This document shows positions 20,801 through 30,200 of a stretch of 64,000 bases of DNA, piece after piece. Origin of the DNA: a virus; the IMG/VR virus record IMGVR_UViG_3300042351_000704, positions 45,552 through 109,551 of that record. One strand, given 5' to 3'. Within the stretch, counting starts at the first letter, position 1. Each line of letters starts with the position of its first letter. The position numbers and the translations under genes are program-made. The notes beneath the pieces were generated by a model. It was not told the DNA's origin. It did not search any database and was given only the letters and a program-made list of their open reading frames with translations.

Positions 20801-23800
20801 AGCAGGAGCTTCGTGAAGATTATGGAGCCAATGTATTTGAACGTAAGGGTAATGAACTCTCTGTACGTGAACTGGCTTCTAATGAAATAGTATACTTAAT
20901 CAAGAGTCTGCCTCAGCTGGACAAGCAAGGTAAGCCGGTGCTGAATGCACTGGGTGTACCAAAGCTAGTAGACTTCAACAGGACCTGGGGTATTGTGATC
21001 AACACCGTAGCCGGTTCTAATACCACTAACCAGATGTATGGTAAGTTACTGGACGCAGCAACGCGTTTCCCGGAACTAAAAACATTGGTGGCACGCTTAG
21101 GTAATCCAATGGATTATAAAGAGACCAAGCACTGGCCTTATATGAAAATGTGGATTAACTTCTTCAGAGACTTCTCTGTATACCGTGTACCGGTGAAAGA
21201 GGGACGTTTAATCAACAGCGATGGTAAGTTCCGTTTTGAGTTCAGTGAAGTGAACCCGCAGTTCCGCCAGGTAGAAAAAACCTTTGGCGCACAGTTTCAG
21301 TCACAGACTAACAATCCATATGTAACCAAGTCTGCAGCAGGTAATCAACTGAACACTGTAAAGGTGATGCAGGATTTCCCGTACAGTCAGATCTTTGGTA
21401 AAGACTATACAATCATCAACCAGGATAAAGCCATGGACTTTTTAAAAGCCATTGGTCTATACATGACAGATAACGGAGCGATCAGAGAGCAGATTGAAAA
21501 GAACTACAGTGCTGTAAGCTATTTACACAAAGCTGTAAAAGACATGGCAGCAAAAAAGACCATGCCGTCTAATCCGGTGGAAGCTTTACGTAAAGTGGAA
21601 GCTACCAGCATCAGACGTTTGCTTACAATAGAAGCTGCCGACAGTGGTAAGTATTCTAACAATGCGGTGTTGAACGTAAACGGTGATGTAATCTTTGATC
21701 TGAGCTTAAATAACTCTATCACTAAACTGCTGAATGATCTGAACGATGCTTCTAAAGATTATTCTATGATGCAGTTACCACACCTGCAGCACCTGGACTA
21801 CCGCAGAAACCCGTTTGCTAAATACTCTATCTGGTTAAACTCCATGTTCAGTATTCCGAGCGGCAAGATGGTAGATCAGAAAAATATCAACCAGCGTATC
21901 AAGACAGATACTAACTATGCCAGCGGCATGGTAACGCTTGACATTGTAAACCTGGATGGTATTAAAAGTGTACAGGAAAGAATTGCAGGTGGTCAGTCTG
22001 TAGAAGCTGGTATTAAAACTACCAACCTGGATCCGGTATCTAAGTTTATACTGGACCTGCACACCATGTTATCTCAAGGTGTGATGGAACTTCCAAGACA
22101 TGCTTCTAAGTCTACAGCTTATGGAGTGTCTGTTTCCAAGATTAACAGTCCGTTTAACACAGACAAGACTCGTCATTTATATATCAGTCCTGGTCATTTT
22201 GCAGACAAGACCCGTGGTTTAACGTATACAGTAGACCTGATGTTACCAAAGATCGCTGCTGAAATGGAGCGTATCGCTATGGTAAACCAGGGCGTGGGTG
22301 CCAACATTCCAGGCTTTAATCAGCGTGGTAAAGAGTTCATGATGTTTGATGACATCTTAAGTGATGCTACCAAGACTGAACTGAAAGGTATGGTAAGTGC
22401 AGATGATTCACTTTCTCCAATCAGTACACCTGAGATCAAGCAAAAGATTACTGCAGATATCCAAAGCTATTTAAACAAACTGGTTACTGAAAACACCAAT
22501 CTGTTTAATGAGATGCCTTTCATCTCTGACGAACTGTTACATAGCTCAAGAGATGGCAAGAGTGATATTGCTTCTTACATCCGTAAAGATCTGGGAATAG
22601 CGGTGGGTGATGATCAGCAGGCAATGCTTCGTGATGTAGCTATCAAAGCTTTCACTGTAAACGCCTTGATACATAACATGGAAACCATCTCTGTACTATA
22701 CGGAGACCTAGCCATGTATAACCATGATAAAGAAGAGTTCCACAAGCGTAATGCTGCGATCGGTTCTACCGGTAGAATCTTTGCCAGCGATGAAGCGGTA
22801 AACCAGTTTATTGATAACTTGGGTGGCGCGTATGCCCGTAAGATTGGAGCTAACCAAAGAAGCTTTGATGGTGTGCTTAGAAGCGTGGTGTTCAAAGACA
22901 ACAACGTTTCTTCCGTATACTACAATGAATACCTGGAAGCACTCACCGGTAAATATGGTGCAGAGAAAGCAGCCAGCATTCTAAAGCCATACAAGAAGAT
23001 GACTGAAGGAGATGCACAAGGGTGGATCACCTTTGACTCTTACAGAAAACTTTCTTTGTTAGAGGGAGCCTGGTCAGAAAAGCAAAACGAACTTTACAAT
23101 AAAGTGGTAGCCGGAGAACAGATCGATCCTTCAGAGATCAGTGAGTTTTTTCCTACCAAGAAGTTTCAGTATGCAGGACCTGTAAAAACAGATAAGCTGC
23201 ATGTACAGGCGTTTCATAAGTTCTCTTTAGTGCCACTTGTACCAAGCCTGGTGAAAGGAACCAACATGGAAACCCTTCATGATAACCTGACCAAGCAAGG
23301 AGTAGACTACGCCCTGTTTGAATCAGGATCTAAGATGGCCACCCTGACCGCTAACGGTACACCGGATTCTTTATACGAGAACGATGACTATACAAACAGA
23401 AACATCAAACCTTGGAATGAGGGAGATGCTACCTATACACCGAATGATGTGTTCATTCAGTATTTAAAAGATCAGGTGGATATTCAATCTACTTGGAAGA
23501 ACAAGACTATCTTTTCTACCCAGCTTCGTAAGCTTATTATCAATGACACATTCAAGCAAGGAATGGCATTGGCAGGTTTTGAAGGCTTGGTAAAAGATTT
23601 TGAGGGCTTATTGGACACCCTGCAGGAGAATAAGAAAAAAGAACTTTTGAAGGAAGTAGGCTGGACAGAAAATGCTTCTGGTGAATTAAGTGGAAGTGTA
23701 AAGAACCTAATGGAGTTTGTGATACGTGAAATGGAGCGTCTGGAATTACCAGAGCATGACATTGACTACGTACGTGAAGGTGTTCAGAACGGTACGTTTA

Positions 23801-26800
23801 CTGACCTGAGCTTTTCACTAAATGCAGAGATGATCGAGAAGATGCTTAACAACATTGTAGTGAAGCGTCTGGTAAAACAAAAGATGAACGGTGAGCAGTT
23901 AGTACAAGTATCTGGTGCTGGTTTTGAAAGGCCAGGTTTTGTAAAAGCTACCGAAGAAGATGCTGTAAAGTATGGTACAAACGATTTACCTACATACCGT
24001 CCAGGTAAAGGCAAAGATGGTAAGACATCTGCCATGAAAGTAAAGATCTCTATGAAAGGAGATTACTACAAGCTTCTGAACCTCAAGCATAATGACGGTG
24101 AAAAGATTGGAACCAGAGAGCGTCTTAATGAAATGATCAAAGACGATCAGTGGTTGGATAAAAGCGATCACCGTAAGATGATTACGATGGTGGGGGTACG
24201 TATTCCGGTACAGGGATTAAACTCTATGGAGTTTATGGAAGTGTATGAATTCCTGCCTGAAGAAGCCGGATCTATTATCATACCACCTGCTGAGATTGTT
24301 GCCAAGAGTGGATCTGACTTTGATATTGATAAGCTCACTATATTCCAACCGAACATCAAGACGGCTAAAGACGGTGTGCCTTCATTCATTAGTGCCAACA
24401 ACACCAAGGGTACAGAAAACAAGATCATTGAAAAGATCCGTGAGATTCTGGAGCACCCAGATAACTTTGATGCCCTCATTCGTCCAAACGATACTGACCT
24501 GGTAAAAGGTGTGGCAGATGAACTGGCTGGTGAAAACATCCAAGGCTATGATCCACTAGCTGTAAAGACCGGTGAGAAACGCAGTGGTAAGGGGAAACAA
24601 GTAATTTCCCCGACACGTGTACTGGAGCCAAGATATAATCTATATAAACACGAAAGTAATAACGTAGGTAAAAAGACTTTAGGTATTGGTGCGGTGGATA
24701 ATGCTTACTCTTCTATATTTAAAAGAGTTGGTGCACGCCTTGAGAAGTCATACACTCATTATAAGAGAGAAGATGGACAGATCAACTTTGAAAAAGAACC
24801 ACAGATCCGTCCTATTAATATTCGCATGGATCATAACACCATGACAGAATCAGGTAAAGAGTACATCTCTTTATCAGATATCAATACTGTTACCATGGAT
24901 AAGGTGAGTGACCTGATTGGTCAGCTCATGAACGGATGGGTGGATATTGAAAAAGATGCCTGGATCTTTAACATCAACGGTAACAACGTTGCCGGACCGG
25001 TGCTGTTATTCTTACTCGAAACTGGTGTAGACTTTAAGACCGCTGCTTATTTTGTATCACAGCCTTTAGTGGTTGACTACATTAAAGAAATCTACAAGGT
25101 GGAAAGCCCGTTTTATAATGCGGCTAATCCTTCCAGTCCGGTGGATTCAGAAAAAGGTCTGAGGAAGTTCAACGTAAAGAAAGATTTCTATATCAAATAT
25201 CAGATGGGTGCCCTGACTAAAAAGGGTAACCTAAACAATGAATTGTTGTATGGTGCTATAGAAGACTATAACAAAAACCGTACGTACGATGTAGCATCTT
25301 TACAAAAAGTAATCAAGTCTAAAGACAGGGACAGTGATGACGCGATTGCCGGACTCCTGCACTTTATAGAACTAGAAGAGCTTACTAAGCAGTTGACTAA
25401 TATCAAGCTTACCGTGAACGTAGATACAGCTCCTTCTAAGAGTCTGTTTGCTGCTACTGAGCGTTTGGATAAGATTGAAGGACTAGAGTATGTTGATGCC
25501 GTACCGAAGAGTACGATCAATAATATCCTGACAGATTCTCCAATTAGTTCATTCCTGGTACAAAAGTTCCAGCTGGCTATCTTAAAGCCACTGATGAAGC
25601 TCAGAGGAGATGTAGAGGTAAATGCATTCTTGTTAAGAAAGATACAGGCCCGTAACTATACCAGAGCGTTTGCAACTGCAGAGAAGTTTGTAGCTGCTTT
25701 CCACAACGACCTTCCGTTATACATGATGCAGAACTACCTGAAAAGTGTAGATCTTAAAAACTTAAAAGAGTACAAAGGACTTGCTATTGAGCAGGCTGTA
25801 CCAGTGAAGGGAGTTACACTCAGACAAGGTGCTTTTGTAAGAGACGGAGTGATGTATGTAGATATGGCTCAGATTGAAGATGATTTTGAAAACAATCATT
25901 ACACTGGTCCTGTATACAAATCACAAGGACTGGCTACGCTGGACCCGGGAACATTTAGCATGGGTACCAAATTCCAGAACCTGCAGGAGTATGCACACTT
26001 TGTAATAGAGCGTGAGTATCTAAGATCTGTTACTCCGGTGGGTAATGCATCCAGGGAAGTGTATGAGCAAAAGATCGCTAATCGTTCTTTAGAGCGTACG
26101 TTTAACTTTTATCACATGTTAAAAGCACCGGGTGTAAGTATTGCTGACCAGTTCCTGGACATCAAAACTAAATACGGTAAAGAGCTGACTGACCAGTACA
26201 TGATTTTCTCAGAACTTGGATATGTCAACGAAGGTGCTAAAGTAGATGAAGAAGGTAATGTATCTCAGGGTAACAACAAAAAGCTCAGAACTTTAAAGCT
26301 GAACTCTGCCCGCCTGGATACAGATTTGATCAATGTACTGCATGAAAACCTGGTGCGTCTGGCAGATCCTATGACCGTAAAGGTGGACAACCCTGCACAA
26401 AATGCGGAGATTAGTAAGTTCTTTAACCGCATGATCATAGCAGAATATTTAAGAGCAGGTATCACCAAGAGTGGAGACAACCTGGCTAAGATCCTGCCAA
26501 AAGAAACTTTACTGAAGCTGATGGCAGAGCCGTTACAAGAGCTGTCAAACAAGCAAAATAAAACAGAGCTGCTCGATCAGTACTATGATCAGTTCATAAG
26601 TCTTTGGGATTCAAAGAATTCTAGCACTCGTTTAAAGTATCGTAACTACCTGAAGCGTTCTGATATGGAAGGAACCTCACCGGCAACAGTGCGTACACTG
26701 GAAGATGTGGTAGAAGGAGAAGGTCTGAACGTAAATGCACAAGACCTGATGGTGTATCCTGCATTACCAGGAGGAGCTAGTGCTACTAAGATGCTGGCTA

Positions 26801-27228
26801 ATAATAACAACATCATGTTTGTATATCCAAACTTCAAGGATACTATGGGTATCTCTGCTAAGATGGATAAGGCAGACAACACGATCGCTTTCCCGCTGAC
26901 TACAGATGGCAAGACTGCACTTACAGATGAGAACTTTGAAGAGAATGCCAAGAAGATTAATGACGCTATTACAGCCATAGAAACTCAGTTTGAAAATGGC
27001 AACGAGGTAGCGTTTCCAGAAGCAGGTATTACCATGGTAAATGGCAAAGATCTGCTGGAAAATGCACCACGTACCAAGAGTTATATGGCTACTGAATTAT
27101 ACAAAAGATTAAACTACCTCACTCCAGGTATGCAGTATGACGCTAATGTGCGTACTGAACTGCAGAAGAACCAGGAAATCACCGATGAACAGGTGGAGGA
27201 GTTTATGAGAAAATGCTTTGGAGAATAA
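17890..27228 (+). CDS. Virion-packaged crAss-like DNA-dependent RNA polymerase with N-terminal zincin domain (3112 aa)
   Basis: GVRIPVQG...SGSDFDIDKL (DFDID at 24316-24330), EGDAQGWI and GWVDIEKD motifs as in phi14:2 gp66-type RNAPs. HEAWH...LEEFMAE zincin at 19954-19968. Confidence 0.93.
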   Translation: MACRLSEDQISALFGAVHGDVIASKNRDDKFNALQAIRDLYKKLVDAGAEPVNALDYIQHMPSMLLLSYAMFEDSKAHMRKSQVNLSELDQMDADFTADIQNVAKFIMPAQAGAELVKEIIEETNPSTGVQPTEVYTQVEDLDIQKKKEFYQSETSFVAAPETALAVFNQEAKNYDGATAEQNIPDPDPIKRAYYAVVRKLNNLMSQYNRETADNLTLGNVTGIYYRLVPASKVEFEDLQQSDKDYYSKDDNPNAPFAKTSQQKMEARTTGDETYLVFTDKEGNILRFNEEGVPVDKASGGMVAYGKLRRPYTPARTNEAKGQVAGQRMVGRVQTVNDLVRKGLGTMEELTKEREQEMDILQKSREYVVNNPDEVLLFSVIPGKNGYIKEDFSAPNPISSIELTDGFKPFVSNQDAGTLIKGGVYFTVPGYEFPLLIRRPKFQNIPNLVDNLADMLFGSEASNNDKIKTVKQFTFSNDTNVYEVEGKLMFKQNGKELEVTPENKEAFINTLNGQTININKDLVGTTINMPVNMDGKVTLQPERYNNFLSDNFFTFLAKNDDGKIVSLNAYNVIAPTEQTQTKLFGEVATPETTAKESALEQATPSDNSIADFKSLLESTDFSLKKSMMLDSTATQEQIDAAEKWYNSSPYSKVVPFSVMFNVVNSNALAEFTVSGITLYSGSNFTDLYHEAWHAFSQMFLTKDQKKALYNEARKLTGSFKTVSGQTVKYSAASDMQLEEFMAEDVRKYILSDRQNVINGRPVRNTLFRKIFTFLKQLFSGYSLKDIAADRTAVKGIQELYDKFYVGNVNDYTPSIRNVQFGILNKGVEALDTATDQSLNYQDSMTMVETIDSLMASIISDAGKSVGSIFTRPELMGPLYKTIKSKLQDIKNNTPAEQANVNRILDFALANWGDFSKVANGEEATGMIAFHKKRSSYFTFEDRMAEMDGFDQKENEQAADQKDADNPLAKTEQELREDYGANVFERKGNELSVRELASNEIVYLIKSLPQLDKQGKPVLNALGVPKLVDFNRTWGIVINTVAGSNTTNQMYGKLLDAATRFPELKTLVARLGNPMDYKETKHWPYMKMWINFFRDFSVYRVPVKEGRLINSDGKFRFEFSEVNPQFRQVEKTFGAQFQSQTNNPYVTKSAAGNQLNTVKVMQDFPYSQIFGKDYTIINQDKAMDFLKAIGLYMTDNGAIREQIEKNYSAVSYLHKAVKDMAAKKTMPSNPVEALRKVEATSIRRLLTIEAADSGKYSNNAVLNVNGDVIFDLSLNNSITKLLNDLNDASKDYSMMQLPHLQHLDYRRNPFAKYSIWLNSMFSIPSGKMVDQKNINQRIKTDTNYASGMVTLDIVNLDGIKSVQERIAGGQSVEAGIKTTNLDPVSKFILDLHTMLSQGVMELPRHASKSTAYGVSVSKINSPFNTDKTRHLYISPGHFADKTRGLTYTVDLMLPKIAAEMERIAMVNQGVGANIPGFNQRGKEFMMFDDILSDATKTELKGMVSADDSLSPISTPEIKQKITADIQSYLNKLVTENTNLFNEMPFISDELLHSSRDGKSDIASYIRKDLGIAVGDDQQAMLRDVAIKAFTVNALIHNMETISVLYGDLAMYNHDKEEFHKRNAAIGSTGRIFASDEAVNQFIDNLGGAYARKIGANQRSFDGVLRSVVFKDNNVSSVYYNEYLEALTGKYGAEKAASILKPYKKMTEGDAQGWITFDSYRKLSLLEGAWSEKQNELYNKVVAGEQIDPSEISEFFPTKKFQYAGPVKTDKLHVQAFHKFSLVPLVPSLVKGTNMETLHDNLTKQGVDYALFESGSKMATLTANGTPDSLYENDDYTNRNIKPWNEGDATYTPNDVFIQYLKDQVDIQSTWKNKTIFSTQLRKLIINDTFKQGMALAGFEGLVKDFEGLLDTLQENKKKELLKEVGWTENASGELSGSVKNLMEFVIREMERLELPEHDIDYVREGVQNGTFTDLSFSLNAEMIEKMLNNIVVKRLVKQKMNGEQLVQVSGAGFERPGFVKATEEDAVKYGTNDLPTYRPGKGKDGKTSAMKVKISMKGDYYKLLNLKHNDGEKIGTRERLNEMIKDDQWLDKSDHRKMITMVGVRIPVQGLNSMEFMEVYEFLPEEAGSIIIPPAEIVAKSGSDFDIDKLTIFQPNIKTAKDGVPSFISANNTKGTENKIIEKIREILEHPDNFDALIRPNDTDLVKGVADELAGENIQGYDPLAVKTGEKRSGKGKQVISPTRVLEPRYNLYKHESNNVGKKTLGIGAVDNAYSSIFKRVGARLEKSYTHYKREDGQINFEKEPQIRPINIRMDHNTMTESGKEYISLSDINTVTMDKVSDLIGQLMNGWVDIEKDAWIFNINGNNVAGPVLLFLLETGVDFKTAAYFVSQPLVVDYIKEIYKVESPFYNAANPSSPVDSEKGLRKFNVKKDFYIKYQMGALTKKGNLNNELLYGAIEDYNKNRTYDVASLQKVIKSKDRDSDDAIAGLLHFIELEELTKQLTNIKLTVNVDTAPSKSLFAATERLDKIEGLEYVDAVPKSTINNILTDSPISSFLVQKFQLAILKPLMKLRGDVEVNAFLLRKIQARNYTRAFATAEKFVAAFHNDLPLYMMQNYLKSVDLKNLKEYKGLAIEQAVPVKGVTLRQGAFVRDGVMYVDMAQIEDDFENNHYTGPVYKSQGLATLDPGTFSMGTKFQNLQEYAHFVIEREYLRSVTPVGNASREVYEQKIANRSLERTFNFYHMLKAPGVSIADQFLDIKTKYGKELTDQYMIFSELGYVNEGAKVDEEGNVSQGNNKKLRTLKLNSARLDTDLINVLHENLVRLADPMTVKVDNPAQNAEISKFFNRMIIAEYLRAGITKSGDNLAKILPKETLLKLMAEPLQELSNKQNKTELLDQYYDQFISLWDSKNSSTRLKYRNYLKRSDMEGTSPATVRTLEDVVEGEGLNVNAQDLMVYPALPGGASATKMLANNNNIMFVYPNFKDTMGISAKMDKADNTIAFPLTTDGKTALTDENFEENAKKINDAITAIETQFENGNEVAFPEAGITMVNGKDLLENAPRTKSYMATELYKRLNYLTPGMQYDANVRTELQKNQEITDEQVEEFMRKCFGE

Positions 27229-27244
27229 ATAAAGAACATACCCT

Positions 27245-30200
27245 ATGTTAACATGCCCTAACAAAAGCTCGGCAGAGTGGAAACTATTAGTCAATGAAGT
27301 GGGAGAAAGAGAAGCTTTCAGAGCCTATCTCGCTAAAGGAGATGGATCGATTCCTACTGTCCCTATGATGGAAATACCTACCGAGCAGGAACAAAAGACC
27401 CAGATAGGTCAGAACATTGCGCGTGCTATGGCAGATACTATAGCGCAGAACATGGGTATTCCCTATAGCCTGGTAACACCTGTACAGGCAGCTGATTTAA
27501 CCAAAGACTCTACCAATCCGTGGAAAGGAGAAAAAGCATTCTTCTTTAACGGCAAGGTGTATTTTACAGAAGGTGGTTTTACTACAGAAAATGTGCTGCA
27601 TGAATATGCTCACCCGATGGTTGCAGCGGTGGCTATCCAAAACCCTACGTTGTTTAATAACTTATACAAGCAATTAGAATCTACACCAGAAGGTGCTAGC
27701 ATTATACAAGAAGTAAAAGATTTATACCCGGAGGCGGAAACTACACCTGGTAAGATACAGGAAGAAGCGCTGGTAAGAGCCTTAAGTGCACAGGCACAAA
27801 ATAAGATCAATGGTGTAAAGAGCTCTACAGGCTTTACTGATTTTTTAAATAAGCTGGTGTTTGCATTTAAGCAACTGTTACGTAAAGTGTTTGGTACAAC
27901 CGTAAAGGTGGAGAAGCTTTCTACAGATACAACACTGAGCGAGCTGGCAGAAATGCTTAGAGGAGATAAGTTTGATATTCCTACAGATATTATTTCAGAG
28001 CAGGACTATGTAGATTACCTGCGTGACATCAGCAACTTTACCAAAGAACTAAACAATGTGGAGTTTAGTGGCATTTCTTCTTCTGTAAGACGTTTCTATG
28101 ATGTAGTAACTAACCATATCAGGCGTATACAGGAAAACAAGAACTACACAGAAGCCCGTAAGTTCCTGGTAGATGAAACAGGACGCGGTCAGTTACAGGA
28201 ATTAAAAGCTACACTCTCTAACTCAGAGATCGATCAGCGTTTGGCTGAGATCTTTGACCAGGTAACCCTGGATGCTAAAACTACACAAAGCTTTGTACAC
28301 TCTATTCTGCGTTTACAAAAGCTGACTGATAGTATATTCAATCATACCAAAGAGCTGGCTAAGCAAGGCTCCTCTAAAGAGGTGATCGGTAATATATTTT
28401 ATTACGACATGTTGGTGCGTAACTGGAACAAGTACATCAGTGAGACTGTGGATCACCTGAGTGACAAAGGTCTTAACCCGAACTCGGAGTTTGGTCGTGT
28501 GCTTTCCGGTATTCAAAACACTATCGCTCAAACAGACCGTACGATCTCTAAGATTTATGCAGACAATGTCAATGATGTGATATATGAATCACTGGAGCCG
28601 CTTGCAAAAGACATAGACCGTTACTTTAGTGAATACATTACACAACTGGAAGCCAAGAATGCAGATCCTAAAAAGATTGCTGAAGTGAAAGACCAGTATG
28701 AAAAAATGAAAATTACCAAGGATAAGCTCAAAGACATGATCAGTGGTAAGCTAGGTGATACTAACCAGTACTCTGCTTTACTTGAAGCTTACACCAACTC
28801 TCCCGATCCGGTGATTGGTGGTTTTGCTATGTTTATTAAGAATGCGTACAATGATGTAGACACACAGGCTCAGCGTAACATGAATGACTTTGCCCGTGAC
28901 CTGGAGCCGTTACTAATGGCAGCAGGATACAGCCGTACTAATTATAGTAAGCTGATGTCAAAGCTTGTCACTACAGAGAAAGTACCTTATATAGATGAGA
29001 AAGGAAACTTTGCTACCCGTGAAGTGTTTGCCTTTAAAGATAAGTTTAATGACTTCACTTCAGAGAGTGCCGAGTTAAAGCATAAGCTTGACCTGGCAAT
29101 TGATAATGGAGACACTGCACTGGCAGATCAACTGCTTCGTGATATGCGTAAGTTGCGCAGGGACTACTTCCACCAGGAATATGTACCGGCTTACTACGAG
29201 CGTGAGAAGATCTATGACTCTGAAATCGGTCGTGAAACGTTTAGGCGTAAGCAAACAATCTTAAACAAAGTGGCTGAACTGGATGCACAGAGTTATGATG
29301 ATGATTCCCTGGATGAGATTGCAGAAGAGAAAAAACTTTTATGGAGAGAGTATGCTCAGCTTGCTAGTCTCACTGACCTGAATGGTAATCAAAAGCAGGG
29401 TCGTGAACTGGAGATAGCCAAGACAGAAAAAGAATATAGAAAAGCCAGCCGTGAGTTTTTTGAATGGGTGCCTATTAAGGGTTTATTTGAATCTAACCTC
29501 AGACGTTTTGAACAAGGACTGGTAGATAATAATATTGATCCTGCTTCTGATGAATACAAAGAGAAGCGTGATAAGTGGATCAAGAATAACACCGTGATTG
29601 CTTATACACAAGAGTTCTTTGAAGAGCGTAACCAGGTGCTGGAAGACCTGAAAGAACTAATGAGCGGACTGAGCGATCAGATCCGTAGTGCTGTGGATTC
29701 TTCTGAAGAAATGGAAGCAATGCTGGATATTGCTACAGGATTTCGTGACCAGGATGGTCAGGTGATTGGTACCGATATATCAGAAACTAGTAAAGAAAAA
29801 GTAAGAAAGCTGCAGAAAGCTACTATTGATAAGCGTAACTCAATGGCAGGCTTTAGTGGTCTGACCAGGGAAGAGATGGATGAACTCAGCGGTTATTTCC
29901 AAAAGATTGTAGCCAGGGAAAAACTTACAGCCGAAGAGCGTAACCGTATGGATGAGTTGATGGAGCGTAAAAGTAACCTAGGTGTAGATAAATTTACCAA
30001 AACAGAAATGCAGGCATTGTATGCCAAGCTGGGTGGTTTACAAAGTAAGGAAGCAACAGACTACTATGTAGATATTGTAAACAACTACATGGAAAAGATT
30101 GGTCAGCCGTTAATAGATAATGAATCAGCTGGTAATCTTTTACAGCCAGAACTATATGTCAAGCTGTTTAGTGAAAGTCCGGAGTTTGAGCAGTGGTTTA

